This document shows positions 40,247-50,419 of a stretch of 64,000 nucleotides of DNA, in pieces. Source of the DNA: Polyangiaceae bacterium (GTDB taxonomy: Bacteria > Myxococcota_A > Polyangia > Polyangiales > Polyangiaceae). A model generated the notes under the pieces. It did not search any database and was not told the DNA's origin. It saw only the letters and a program-made list of their open reading frames with translations. Positions within the stretch are counted from its first letter, which is position 1, and every line of letters begins with the position of its first letter. The stretch is taken from the NCBI GenBank assembly GCA_050287085.1, contig JBNKBE010000005.1, positions 160,001 through 224,000 on the forward strand. Direction: 5' to 3'. The translations under genes and the position numbers were made by a program.

Positions 40247-41521
40247 ATGCGCCTGCCCTGGGCGGCACTAGTGGTCGCAACCGCCTGCGGACCGTCTGGC
40301 TCCAGTAGCAGCACAGCGGCAACCGACGATGCCGCCACTGCTGGTACTACAGGAGTGGTGCCGCCCACCGTTGGGGCTCAGGCCGAGAACTCCGACGCAC
40401 AGGACGACGTGATTGTGGACGCCCCTTCCCGCCCAGTCACTCCGCCCCTGGATCCGGCAAGCTGCGGTGGAACCGTGGTTCCAACTCACGTCAATGACGT
40501 CGTGCTCGCCTTCGTCTTCGACGTTTCTGCCAGCATGGGCGCTGACGGTGATACCCGGGTTGGCTACAGCCGTACGCTCAAGTGGGACCCTGTCGTAGAA
40601 GCCACCAAGAACTTCTTCGAGGACCCGGCGTCGGCGGGGTTGAGCGCAACGCTTAGCTTCTTTCCCAACGAATACGCTCCTTTCTACGACCCGCGGGAGT
40701 CGCTCGGACCCCTGCCCGCGGCCGCATGCGACCCGGCCGAGTATGCAGAGCCTGATGTGCCCCTGACTCCCCTGCCCTCGGATGTCTTCTCGACGGGCAT
40801 CGACGCGATCACGCCCGACCCGGACAATCGCAACTGGAGATCGTACACCCCCACGTTGCCCGCGCTGCAGGGAACCTTCGATGCACTGCTGGCCATGAAG
40901 TCCGAGCATCCGGACACCACCTATGCTGTGGTCTTGGTGACCGACGGAGAACCCTTCGGTTGCGCCGACGCGAGTATCGAGGCCGCTGCTGCAGCCATCC
41001 GCGAAGTGTCCGCCAGCGTGCCCACCTATGTCATTGGGGTCAAGACCCCAATCGTGGACGAACAATTCGTCTTCCCGACCGATCCCAACTTCACCCCTCC
41101 CTTCACCGACGACTTCAACGAGGGACTGCAGAACCTGGGTAAGCTAGCAGAGGCCGGCGGCACGGGTCACGACGTCTTCCTGATCGACACCCAGGACCCG
41201 GATCAAACCACTTCGAGCTTTTCCGAAGTGATAAACCAGATCCGAGACGAAAGCTTCTCTTGCGAACTGCCTATCAACTCGGACAACGAGTTCGACCCCA
41301 GAGCGGTCAATGTGGCGTTCGAGGACGCCTCCGGAAAGACGGCGTATTATCTGGACCAAGAGTGTGAAAGCGACTTCGGTTGGCGCTACGACAACCCGGA
41401 CAACCCAACAGCCATCGAGCTGTGTCCGGGCCCCTGCGACAGAATCCGACAGGCGGCGCGAGACGGTGAGTTGAGCGTCGAGCTCGGATGTCCCGCCGTC
41501 GTGTATATGCCTCCCCAATAA
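40247..41521 (+). CDS. Myxobacterial vWA-domain lipoprotein
   Basis: Lipobox VATAC; MIDAS DVSASM, TPT, VTDG; C-terminal WRYD..IELC..C. Start uncertain. Confidence 0.8.
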   Translation: MRLPWAALVVATACGPSGSSSSTAATDDAATAGTTGVVPPTVGAQAENSDAQDDVIVDAPSRPVTPPLDPASCGGTVVPTHVNDVVLAFVFDVSASMGADGDTRVGYSRTLKWDPVVEATKNFFEDPASAGLSATLSFFPNEYAPFYDPRESLGPLPAAACDPAEYAEPDVPLTPLPSDVFSTGIDAITPDPDNRNWRSYTPTLPALQGTFDALLAMKSEHPDTTYAVVLVTDGEPFGCADASIEAAAAAIREVSASVPTYVIGVKTPIVDEQFVFPTDPNFTPPFTDDFNEGLQNLGKLAEAGGTGHDVFLIDTQDPDQTTSSFSEVINQIRDESFSCELPINSDNEFDPRAVNVAFEDASGKTAYYLDQECESDFGWRYDNPDNPTAIELCPGPCDRIRQAARDGELSVELGCPAVVYMPPQ

Positions 41522-41590
41522 CGACGCCTCGCCGGCGCTTGCGCCGCAGCTTCACGAGTGGCGCGTCGCCTTCAGAAGCGTTGGCGGACG

Positions 41591-42031
41591 CTATTTCTGG
41601 GTGAGCAGCTGACTCTGGCGCTCACCACAGCGCGTGATGAGCGCGTGGGCCCGTTGCTGCTCAGCCTCCGACTGCGCAAGCAGGAGCAGGAGCGTATCTC
41701 CAGCGGCGGTAGGCTCCTGTTTCAGGGCGCGGCGGACCTGGGCCGTATGCTCGATCGAGCGGACATGCAACGAGTAGCCCTGTACGCAGAGCTCTTGCAG
41801 CTCGCATTCACTCGGATAGCGACATGCCAGTTTGCGCAGGCGCGCCAGAGGAGGCGCTTTTTCGCCATTGGGTGCATCGCGTACTGCATCGATCGCCAGG
41901 GCCAGGCGTGCCAATGCGGCATCCCGTTCGCGTTCAGCTCGCGCGCGACAAGCAGACACCCCCAAGACAAGGCACCCGAGTAGCCACAGACCGGGCCGAG
42001 AGAACGAGGCCCTGGCGCGGCGGCGGGTCAC
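41591..42031 (-). CDS. Hypothetical helical lipoprotein
   Basis: Lipobox LGVSAC; GTGA overlap with the upstream gene. Confidence 0.6.
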   Translation of the reverse strand: MTRRRARASFSRPGLWLLGCLVLGVSACRARAERERDAALARLALAIDAVRDAPNGEKAPPLARLRKLACRYPSECELQELCVQGYSLHVRSIEHTAQVRRALKQEPTAAGDTLLLLLAQSEAEQQRAHALITRCGERQSQLLTQK

Positions 42032-42552
42032 CGCTTCTTCGAGTGAGCGCCGATTTGCAGACGCTCACCCGCATAGGCGCCAACGAGTGCGAACAACACC
42101 CCCAACGCTCCGTACAATAGGTACATGAAGACCGGCTGCGTCTTCACGGTTTCGCTTTCAATCAAGTACATGACCGTGGGCATGGCTACGATGAAGGTCG
42201 CCACCGTGGGCTCAGCAAAGGTCTTTTCCGGTGAGATCAATCCCACGAGCACGCCTCCGCAGAACCAGACGGGAATAGCCAATACGCTGCCCGCCGAACC
42301 CTCGAAGTCGAACAGGGCCACGGCCATCGGAAGCCCCACGATGATGGCCGCCGTGAGAACGGCAATGACCACCACCGCAATCCCAAGCCAAGCGAAAGAG
42401 AACGGGCGGTCGTTGTAGCGCGCGTCGGCACCAGTACTTGGACGGTTTGAGGGCTGGAGCGGCGCCCCGCAGCCGGCGCAACGCTTCTTCGCGAGCCCGG
42501 GGTCATTGTCATGACCGCAGGCCGCGCACCGAATGAGCTTCTTCTTCCCCAT
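42028..42552 (-). CDS. Zinc-ribbon membrane protein
   Basis: N-terminal CAACG..CAGCG followed by four hydrophobic segments. Confidence 0.8.
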   Translation of the reverse strand: MGKKKLIRCAACGHDNDPGLAKKRCAGCGAPLQPSNRPSTGADARYNDRPFSFAWLGIAVVVIAVLTAAIIVGLPMAVALFDFEGSAGSVLAIPVWFCGGVLVGLISPEKTFAEPTVATFIVAMPTVMYLIESETVKTQPVFMYLLYGALGVLFALVGAYAGERLQIGAHSKKR

Positions 42553-42821
42553 AGGCCAATGGCGGCAGCTTTGCAGACCCCGGAGACGTGAGCAAACTCC
42601 TCACGCGTCAGCAGCGCCCCCCGAGCGGTGAGCGGCCAGCCCGCCGAGCGCGGCCGGAGGTCAGCTGACTTTGGCCTGAGGTGAGCGCCCGCTGCGCCGG
42701 ACTATCAATCTACTTGCATCTCCTCTGCAGGAAGCGCGTCGCTCGCCGTCCTCGCTTTCGCGGCAGTTTCCTTCGCCACTTTGGAACTCTGAGTGGCATG
42801 CGCTGTCGCAAGACAACAAGC

Positions 42822-43436
42822 ATGAGCACCCCCGAAACTGACCCCGAGCTGGAGGCCCTGCCGAAACCGCGCCGACCGTGGCGGATCGCTACGCTCTGCG
42901 CTCTTACCGTCCTCATCGGGGCCTCATTGTGGCTGGCCAGCGCGGCGCTTCCGCTCGCCCACTATGCGCTCAGCAGTGGTCAGCCCACGGAGCTGGGAGC
43001 GGTGAAGCGGGCTGAGTTGCGCGCGGAGCTCGAAAATCGATGGGTTCACGCGACCGGCCAGCTATCCAGTCACGCTGTTGGATATCAGCGTCCCCTGGAC
43101 AAGGACCGCTTCCGGCTCGCGCCCCTTGAAGGGCGCTCCGACCTCTGGGTCGAAATACGAGAACCCGCGGCCACTCGGGGCGAGTATTTCATCCCTCCAG
43201 AATCGTTCGTGGGACGCCTGGTGCGCTTCGACGCGCCAGGACTCCGCCACCGGGGTGTCCTCGACGCGCTGCGCCGCAGCGGGCAGCCTCTGCCCCCAAG
43301 GGACGCTTGGCTGCTCGTCGACGGCGACTCACCGAGCGCTACCCGCTGGGCCCTTGGCGTCATGGGACTGATGCTTGGCTTTGCGCTGTTTGCGATCTGG
43401 GGAATTCTGACGTTGTTGCGTCCAGCCCGGGGCTGA
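42822..43436 (+). CDS. Hypothetical membrane protein (N- and C-terminal TM)
   Basis: DPELEALPKPRRP, then a TM, a soluble loop and a final TM. Start trimmed. Confidence 0.7.
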   Translation: MSTPETDPELEALPKPRRPWRIATLCALTVLIGASLWLASAALPLAHYALSSGQPTELGAVKRAELRAELENRWVHATGQLSSHAVGYQRPLDKDRFRLAPLEGRSDLWVEIREPAATRGEYFIPPESFVGRLVRFDAPGLRHRGVLDALRRSGQPLPPRDAWLLVDGDSPSATRWALGVMGLMLGFALFAIWGILTLLRPARG

Positions 43437-43505
43437 ACTGCCCATCCGCGGGCCAAAGGGGGAATGGGCTTGGCGCCCGCTACGCCTGCGGCTAGAACGC
43501 CGCCC

Positions 43506-44540
43506 ATGGCTCTCACCTACCGACAGGCAGGCGTCGACATCGATTCCGGCGACAGCTTGGTGCAACGTATCAAACCCTTCGCTCGAAGCACCAGGACGCC
43601 CTTCGTGGTCGACGACGTCGGAGGATTTGCGGGCCTTTGTGGACTGCCCTCTGGCCTGGAAGAGCCCGTACTGGTCAGCGGCACCGACGGCGTCGGAACA
43701 AAGCTGAAGCTAGCTTTTGAGTCGGGTCGTCACGGCAGCGTCGGCCAGGACCTCGTGGCCATGTGCGTTAACGACATCTTGACCTGTGGCGCTAAACCTC
43801 TGTTTTTTCTTGACTATTTCGCATGCGGCAAGTTGGACCAAGACACCGCCGCAACGGTTATTGAAGGCATCGCGGCGGGCTGCAAGCTCGCTGGTTGCGC
43901 GCTGCTCGGGGGCGAAACAGCCGAGTTGCCAGGTATGTATCCCGAGGGTGAATACGATCTGGCCGGCTTTGCGGTTGGGGTCATCGAGCGCAAGAAGCTG
44001 CTCGGACCTCACCGCGTGCAGCTCGGCGACGAATTGGTCGCTATCGCATCGAGCGGCCTTCACTCGAACGGATACTCGCTCGCGCGGCGCGTCTTGCAGG
44101 GTGAATTATGCCTCGGATTGGATTCGGAACACGCTGCGCTGAGCCGCACCGTTGGAGATGAACTCCTGACCCCAACCCGCATCTACGCAAGTGCCATCGA
44201 ACGCGTGCTCGCGACCCACGAGGGGGCCGTGCACGCCATGAGCCATATCACCGGCGGCGGCGTCGTCGGAAACCTCCCGCGAGTGCTGGGCGAAGGCCAA
44301 GTCGCGGCGCTCGCCTTTGATCACCCGCGCCCGGCGGTATTCGACTTGATCCAACGAGGAGGCCCGGTCGAAGAAGAGGAAATGCGCCGCACTTTCAACC
44401 TGGGTATCGGGATGATCCTCGTGTGTGAGGCGGGACAGGGCGAAGCCATCGTGCAAACGCTCAACACCGTCGGTGAACAAGCCTGGTCGTGCGGCAGGAT
44501 CGTCGCTGGCACCGGCCCCGCGCGGGTGGAGATCGGCTGA
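43506..44540 (+). CDS. purM: Phosphoribosylformylglycinamidine cyclo-ligase
   Basis: TYRQAGVDI, GTDGVGTK, DLVAMCVND, GGETAE, SSGLHSNGYSL, HITGGG, TFNLG. Confidence 0.97.
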   Translation: MALTYRQAGVDIDSGDSLVQRIKPFARSTRTPFVVDDVGGFAGLCGLPSGLEEPVLVSGTDGVGTKLKLAFESGRHGSVGQDLVAMCVNDILTCGAKPLFFLDYFACGKLDQDTAATVIEGIAAGCKLAGCALLGGETAELPGMYPEGEYDLAGFAVGVIERKKLLGPHRVQLGDELVAIASSGLHSNGYSLARRVLQGELCLGLDSEHAALSRTVGDELLTPTRIYASAIERVLATHEGAVHAMSHITGGGVVGNLPRVLGEGQVAALAFDHPRPAVFDLIQRGGPVEEEEMRRTFNLGIGMILVCEAGQGEAIVQTLNTVGEQAWSCGRIVAGTGPARVEIG

Positions 44541-44547
44541 CGGCCCA

Positions 44548-46110
44548 ATGACGCACCGACACTACGACGTCGTCGTGCTCGGGCGTTCGCTCGGAGCGCT
44601 GGCGGCGGCGGCGCTGCTGGCTCGTCGGGACTTCAGCGTCCTGCTACTGGGACAAGGACAACGGGCTCCGTCCTATCGCTTCGACGAACATTGTTTGAAG
44701 CGCCGGGCATTCTCCCTGCTGTTTGGAGAATCACCCGTTTGGCAACGCATTCTTCGCGACCTCGCGCAATCGCAAATCTTCCGCCGCCGCATGCGAGCGC
44801 TCGAACCCATGTTCGCCATTGCCGCCGCGGACCGCCGCCTCTCGATGTCGGAGCAGCCCGAGCGCTTTGCCGCGGAAATCCGACGCGAGTTTCCCGAAGT
44901 CCAGCAGTTGGTGGATGAACTGTATGGACGGCTTGCGGAAGCCAACGTAGCCATTGACGCAGCCTTGGCTCGCGACGCGGTATGGCCTGCAACCCGTTGG
45001 CTGGAGAAGGTTGAGGCGAGCCGCGTGTCTCAAGCGCTGCCCCATGACAAGCTGGAAAGCGAGGGCGAACTACTCGCCAAATTCCCCAGCGGTCACCCAT
45101 ATCGGGAGTTCTTCAGCATCCCGACCTCTTTCGCCTCACACCTGGACGCGAACGCGGGGCTGCCTCCGCTTTCCTCGGCGCGACTGGCGGGAAGCTGGAC
45201 GCGAGGCGTTAGCGCGCTGGTCCAAGGAGAGGACGAGCTCGAACGCTTTCTGCTCGAGCGTTTCGCTGCACACGGAGGAATCGCGGAGCTCGGGGTCAAG
45301 GCGGAGCGAATCGTCGTCGAAGGCGGTCGTGCCCGAGCGGTCGAAACCGACGCGCACGACGATCCCATTGGGACCGACGCGGTGCTCACCTGCTTATCCG
45401 GCGAGGCCGTAGGCGAGCTATCTGAAGGCAAGGGAATAACAAAACGTGCCCGCGCCGAGTGGCCACACCTCACGCCCACGGCCGGCCGCTTCACGGTGAG
45501 TATTCTGGCCCACCGCATGGGTATTCCGGAACCGCTACCCGAAGAGAGTTTCCTGCTACCCGAAAGTGCTTCGCGGCCCGACCCTAGACGCCCAGTCGTT
45601 CATTTGCAGCGCTACGATGCACACCGCCTCGAGCCCCAAGGCGATCCGAATCACGTCTTGCTCGTCGCCGAAGCGTTGCTGCCGGCCGCCGGAGCGCTCA
45701 CCTTGACGGAGGCGCGCTATGCTGTAACCAGCATGGTGCGTCGGCATCTGCCCTTCATCGATCGACATCTGCTGCTGATCGATAGCACCCACGATGGCTT
45801 GCCTCTCCACGATTTTCGCAGCGGTACACGGCGCGAGATCGATCGCGTACACGTCGCTGGGACCCAAGCGGGACCGGAATTCATGGAATATCAATGGACG
45901 GTTGAGCCCCACGGACTCTTGGGCATCGCCGGAGAAAGCGTACGCGGCCCCGTACCTGGTACCTTTCTGGTGGGTCCAACCACTTTGCCCGGCCTGGGTC
46001 AGGAGGGTGAACTCGTTTCGGCGTGGAGCGTAACGCGACTGCTAACGCAACGGGACGCACCACGCCAACGACGGCGGCGCCAACTGTGGACCAAATTCGA
46101 AACCGGCTGA
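44548..46110 (+). CDS. Phytoene-dehydrogenase-like Rossmann protein with a degenerate dinucleotide-binding motif
   Basis: YDVVVLGRSLGALAAAALLARRDFSVLLL; C-terminal FLVG..LPGLGQEGE. Confidence 0.65.
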   Translation: MTHRHYDVVVLGRSLGALAAAALLARRDFSVLLLGQGQRAPSYRFDEHCLKRRAFSLLFGESPVWQRILRDLAQSQIFRRRMRALEPMFAIAAADRRLSMSEQPERFAAEIRREFPEVQQLVDELYGRLAEANVAIDAALARDAVWPATRWLEKVEASRVSQALPHDKLESEGELLAKFPSGHPYREFFSIPTSFASHLDANAGLPPLSSARLAGSWTRGVSALVQGEDELERFLLERFAAHGGIAELGVKAERIVVEGGRARAVETDAHDDPIGTDAVLTCLSGEAVGELSEGKGITKRARAEWPHLTPTAGRFTVSILAHRMGIPEPLPEESFLLPESASRPDPRRPVVHLQRYDAHRLEPQGDPNHVLLVAEALLPAAGALTLTEARYAVTSMVRRHLPFIDRHLLLIDSTHDGLPLHDFRSGTRREIDRVHVAGTQAGPEFMEYQWTVEPHGLLGIAGESVRGPVPGTFLVGPTTLPGLGQEGELVSAWSVTRLLTQRDAPRQRRRRQLWTKFETG

Positions 46111-46113
46111 GTC

Positions 46114-46686
46114 ATGAGGATCATTGCTGGAAGCCGCCGCGGACGCCCTTTGAAGGCTCCCCAAGGACTCGGCACGCGTCCCACTATTGACCGCGTGCGC
46201 GAGGCCTTGTTTTCCATTCTCGGCCCCGTCGACGACTTGGTCGTGATAGACTGTTACGCCGGAACCGGCGCCATGGGTCTCGAGGCGGCGTCGCGTGGTG
46301 CGCGCGACGTGACCTTGATTGAAGCCGACCGCAACGCCCATCGAGTCCTCTGCGCCAATATCGCCTCGCTTGGCTTACAAGACTCCTGTCGGGCTTGGCA
46401 TTGCCGAGTCGAAGCCCTCGCACGCCGCTACCGAGCAAGCTCCAGCGACACGGCCGGTCTCGGGATCGACCTCGTACTGGCGGACCCTCCGTGGCCGATT
46501 GCACAACAAGCCGCGGAAGTTCTCGTGCGGGAGCTTCCGCCCCTGCTCGCGCCGAATGCACGCGTTGTCATCGGACACCCCAAGCGCTCCCCGGTAGCGC
46601 TGCCCGAGAACGCGCCCTTCGAACTCGAGACTCTGCGCTCTTGGGGGGATTCCGGGCTGAGCTTCTTCACCTACCGGGCTCGCTGA
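46114..46686 (+). CDS. rsmD: 16S rRNA G966 N2-methyltransferase
   Basis: MRIIAG..RGR, TRPT.DRVREALF, AGTGAMGLEAASRGA, DPPW. Confidence 0.92.
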   Translation: MRIIAGSRRGRPLKAPQGLGTRPTIDRVREALFSILGPVDDLVVIDCYAGTGAMGLEAASRGARDVTLIEADRNAHRVLCANIASLGLQDSCRAWHCRVEALARRYRASSSDTAGLGIDLVLADPPWPIAQQAAEVLVRELPPLLAPNARVVIGHPKRSPVALPENAPFELETLRSWGDSGLSFFTYRAR

Positions 46687-46761
46687 AAGCCCCCAGAAGC
46701 CTGGCCCACAAAAAGAGCGTCGTCGCCTTCAGAGGAGCTGCCACCTGCCGCTCTATGCGGC

Positions 46762-47451
46762 ATGAGTTGCGACCCCAGTCTGCCGGCGCCTCCCATGGCG
46801 AGCCCGAGCCCGGCCGTGTTGCTCCTCGGAGCCCTGGCCGCCTTAGGTCTGGGCGCGACGCTGTACTTCACGGCTTCGTATCTGGCTCCCCAATCGGCCC
46901 AGGGGCTGGTCACCTCTACGCGCCCTGATTCGGTGCTCGCTACCCCGAAAAGCGCGGCTCCGGAAGTCGGCGCCCGGGTTGTCACTCTACCCCCCCCGCC
47001 CTCGGAAACTGAGCTGCTCGCCCAGCAGCCCGCAGTAAGCCCTAGCGTAGCGTCGGCTGCGGCGCCCACAGCGGCTGCGGCGCCTGCGCCCCGAAGGGGC
47101 GCTCAGCACTCCGGCGCAGTCGCGCTCGCGGCAGCGTCGCCGAGCGCGTGTGCAGACACGTGCCAGGGACCCAGTCGTTCCATGACGCAGGCGCTTCACT
47201 CCAACGCCCGAGCGGCTAGGAGCTGCTACCAATCAGCCCTCAAGCAGGGCAGCAACGCGTCGGGCAAGCTCACGGTGCGGGTACGAGTGGCGGGTTCCGG
47301 CAAGCTTTGCTCCGCGCACGTGGAAAGCGACACCCTCGGAGATCCTACGGTGTCCGCTTGTGTCGCCGCACGTTTCCGCAGGAGCCGCTACCCTCAAAAC
47401 CCTCACGGCTGCAGCGAAGCCCGAGTCCCGATCAGCTTTCTCGCTCAGTGA
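46762..47451 (+). CDS. AgmX/PglI C-terminal (TonB-C-like) domain membrane protein
   Basis: N-terminal TM, Pro/Ala linker, RSCYQ.AL..GKLTVRVRV..G..VSACV..RYP..VPISF. Confidence 0.8.
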   Translation: MSCDPSLPAPPMASPSPAVLLLGALAALGLGATLYFTASYLAPQSAQGLVTSTRPDSVLATPKSAAPEVGARVVTLPPPPSETELLAQQPAVSPSVASAAAPTAAAAPAPRRGAQHSGAVALAAASPSACADTCQGPSRSMTQALHSNARAARSCYQSALKQGSNASGKLTVRVRVAGSGKLCSAHVESDTLGDPTVSACVAARFRRSRYPQNPHGCSEARVPISFLAQ

Positions 47452-47589
47452 GGCTGAGCAGACCCACGCCGGCCTTGTCCTCGGATTTCGGCTCCCAGCT
47501 GCCGCAGCGCAAACCACGCGGGTTTGCGGGCCCGGCGCCTCGTCGCTAGATACCTGGATTCGCAGATGCGCGCGTGGTAGGGGCGGCTC

Positions 47590-48414
47590 GTGTGGAAGCG
47601 ACGACAGTTTGGCGTTCTGTTGCGCATCGCCTACGACGGGCGCCCCTTCTCGGGACTGGCAGCGCAAAGCAACGCTCGTACCGTGGCCGGCACGCTGCAG
47701 GAGGCGATCGCCACGATGGCGCCGGATGCCACAGCCCTCCGCGTCTGCAGCCGCACTGACGCCGGGGTGCACGCCAAGGAGCAGTTCGTCGCTTTTCAAA
47801 CCGACCGCGACATCAACTCCCGCGGCTGGGTCCTCGGGCTCGCAGGTGTCTTGCCCCCTGAGATTGCCGTGCTCAGCGCCGAGAAGGTCGATCCCGGATT
47901 CGAGCCGTGTAAGTGCTCGCTCGAAAAGATCTACTGCTATTCCGTTTTGGAAGGAGTCATTCCCGACCCTTTTGAGGAGGGTAGATCCTGGCGGGTGTTC
48001 GAAAGGTTAAACCACGAGAAAATGAGAGGCGCGGCGGCGCTGCTCGTGGGCACCCATGACTTCCGAGCCTTTCGTGGTCGGGGTGACGTACGGACCAACA
48101 CGATCCGAACCATCCATTCCGCAACCCTCGAACCGCGCCCGGGAGACGCAAGAATCCTGGAGATTCGCCTGCGAGGCAATGCGTTTCTCTACCATATGGT
48201 GCGCATCATCGCGGGCACCCTGGTGGACGTCGGGCGCGGTCGCCGCGAGCCGGAAGCGCTCCAGAAAGCGCTGCAAGTCGGAGACCGTTTGCTGCTCGGC
48301 GTGACCGCGCCGGCAGCTGGGTTGTGTTTGGAACACATCGAGTTACGCCAACGCGGTAGCGACCAGTGGCCATACCACTTGGACGGCGCGCCGGAGGTGA
48401 CCGCGTCATGTTGA
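47590..48414 (+). CDS. truA: tRNA pseudouridine(38-40) synthase
   Basis: IAYDG, SRTDAGVHA, GTHDF, FLYHMVRIIAG, TAPAAGL. Confidence 0.96.
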   Translation: MWKRRQFGVLLRIAYDGRPFSGLAAQSNARTVAGTLQEAIATMAPDATALRVCSRTDAGVHAKEQFVAFQTDRDINSRGWVLGLAGVLPPEIAVLSAEKVDPGFEPCKCSLEKIYCYSVLEGVIPDPFEEGRSWRVFERLNHEKMRGAAALLVGTHDFRAFRGRGDVRTNTIRTIHSATLEPRPGDARILEIRLRGNAFLYHMVRIIAGTLVDVGRGRREPEALQKALQVGDRLLLGVTAPAAGLCLEHIELRQRGSDQWPYHLDGAPEVTASC

Positions 48415-48446
48415 TGCACCCAACGCTGCTTTTCTCAGCCCCGTAA

Positions 48447-48476
48447 TTGACGTTTCGACGCGCTAGCCCCTAGGTT
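48447..48476 (+). promoter_or_regulatory. Possible sigma-70-type promoter upstream of the spt operon
   Basis: TTGACG-N18-TAGGTT. Confidence 0.3.
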
Positions 48477-48613
48477 CCGCCCGCCATCGCGGAGCGTGAG
48501 AGACGCAAGTGTGAATCTCACGCCCACTGTGAAAACAAGGCCCGTCTACCGCATGGCAACGACTTGACCTAACCTCGGATCGCTTGCCGTCGGTTAACGT
48601 ACGGAGAATCACC

Positions 48614-50419
48614 ATGGGTATTCGCAAAAGAATCTTGGAACGCGGTAGGTCCCTCATCCTGACCCCTCGTGTGTTGAACGTCCTGTCCGACGATCGGGTG
48701 ATGAAGGCGGTCGAAGGTGTGATGGACGCCAAGGTTCGCGTACGTGCCGCCTGGCATATCCTCCGCGACGGTCATGAGCTGCCGGCCATCGATCCCGCCC
48801 TGGACGACTCCATCGGGGTGATGGAGGGCGATGAAGAGGCCTCCTACGGGGATCGTTCCGCTCCCGATCTCAGCAACGTCAGCGCGCTTCGCCCGCGACG
48901 TGGTCCTGCACTCCCTTCGTCGAACACTACTGCGCCGTCCAGCGGCACTCCGTCGAGCCATGGCACGGGTCCTGGCTCGAGTCCTGGGGGATATCGCAAA
49001 CAAGGCGTCGTCGGTGGTGATCGCGCAGTCGCGCTGAGCACGGAGGGCAGCCTCGCTCGCAAGCTCGGCCCCGATGAGCTACTGGACGCGACAGAACCCG
49101 CGCCTGACTCCGAGCCGCGCACGCTCCCGCCACCCGCGCCTGGGGCGGCACAGTCGCTGGGCACCACCACCGACATGAACACGTCGCTCAAGGAGCGAAG
49201 CTCCCTGGCTGCGCTTGGTGGCAAAGACCTGTTCGAAAAGGCGCGCTTGTTCAAGGCTGCCGACAATGCTCGCAAGCGCGGCATCTACCCGTTCTTCCGT
49301 CCGCTCGACTTCAACGACGGACCGGAAGCGGTGCTGGACGGTAAGCGGGTCACGATGTTTGGCTCCAACAACTACCTAGGCCTAACGACACATCCAAAGG
49401 TGCGTCAGGCGGCCACCGATGCCATCGCGCGCTTCGGCACGAGCATGACAGGTTCTCGACTCGTCAACGGCAGTATGAAACTGCATAACGAGTTCGAAGA
49501 GAAGCTCGCCGACTACTTTGGCAAGGAGGCCGCCGTCGTCTTTACGACCGGCTATCAGGTAAACATTGCTACGTGTTCTGCGCTCTTGAGCAACAAGAAG
49601 GCCGTCGCGATCATCGATCGCAACGTACACGCCTCACTCTACGACGGCGTTCGACTGGGTCAAGCCGCGGGTTGCCAGTTGGTTCGCTACAAGCACAACG
49701 ATCCTGCCTCGCTCGAGCGTGCATTGGCCAAGCTGGACGATAGCGAGGGCGCTATGGTCATCACCGATGGCGTATTCAGCGCGGAGGGTGAGCTCGCCCG
49801 CCTCGATGAAATCGTTCCAATAGTGAAGCGACATGGCGCTCGCCTCTTCGTTGATGACGCGCACGCGCTCGGCGTCATTGGTCCAGGGGGACGTGGTACC
49901 GCGCACCACTTTGGCGTAGAAGACGACGTCGATCTGATTGGCGGAACCTTCAGCAAGTCGATGGCAAGTATCGGCGGCTACCTGGTTGGAGAGCGCAAGG
50001 TGCTCGAGTATGTCCAGCACTTCGCGCCGTCATACATGTTCGCCGCGAGCGCCGCGCCTCCCTCTGTGGCCGCAGCTATGGCCGCTTTCGAGGTAATGCA
50101 GGAAGAGCCCTGGCGCATCGAGAAGGTCCGCGAAAACTATACCTACATGCGCGACGAGTTGACCAAGATGGGGTTCGAACTCGGCAAGACCGAGAGCGCC
50201 GTGGTTCCCATCTATATTCGTCAAGATCTCCGGACTCTGATGATGTGGCGGAGCTTGCTCGAGGACTACGGTATATACACCAATCCCTTCATCTCGCCGG
50301 GCGTACCACCCAAGCACGCGATGCTCCGCACGAGCTACATGGCAACCCATGAGCGCAAGCATCTCGACCGCGGGTTGGAGGCGTTCTACGCGGTCGGCAA
50401 GAAGTACGGCGTAATCTGA
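48614..50419 (+). CDS. spt: Serine palmitoyltransferase-like alpha-oxoamine synthase with long N-terminal extension
   Basis: YPFFR, FGSNNYLGL, GSRLVNG, TGYQVN, HASLYDG, DDAH, PLP-Lys motif GTFSKSMASIGG, FAAS; gene context. Confidence 0.8.
   Translation: MGIRKRILERGRSLILTPRVLNVLSDDRVMKAVEGVMDAKVRVRAAWHILRDGHELPAIDPALDDSIGVMEGDEEASYGDRSAPDLSNVSALRPRRGPALPSSNTTAPSSGTPSSHGTGPGSSPGGYRKQGVVGGDRAVALSTEGSLARKLGPDELLDATEPAPDSEPRTLPPPAPGAAQSLGTTTDMNTSLKERSSLAALGGKDLFEKARLFKAADNARKRGIYPFFRPLDFNDGPEAVLDGKRVTMFGSNNYLGLTTHPKVRQAATDAIARFGTSMTGSRLVNGSMKLHNEFEEKLADYFGKEAAVVFTTGYQVNIATCSALLSNKKAVAIIDRNVHASLYDGVRLGQAAGCQLVRYKHNDPASLERALAKLDDSEGAMVITDGVFSAEGELARLDEIVPIVKRHGARLFVDDAHALGVIGPGGRGTAHHFGVEDDVDLIGGTFSKSMASIGGYLVGERKVLEYVQHFAPSYMFAASAAPPSVAAAMAAFEVMQEEPWRIEKVRENYTYMRDELTKMGFELGKTESAVVPIYIRQDLRTLMMWRSLLEDYGIYTNPFISPGVPPKHAMLRTSYMATHERKHLDRGLEAFYAVGKKYGVI

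Noticed and set aside
48614..50419. BioF or Kbl annotation
   Set aside because: The GTFSKS motif (rather than TLGKA/TFGKA), the absence of biotin genes and the GNAT/SDR neighbours favour Spt. Not formally excluded without a tree.
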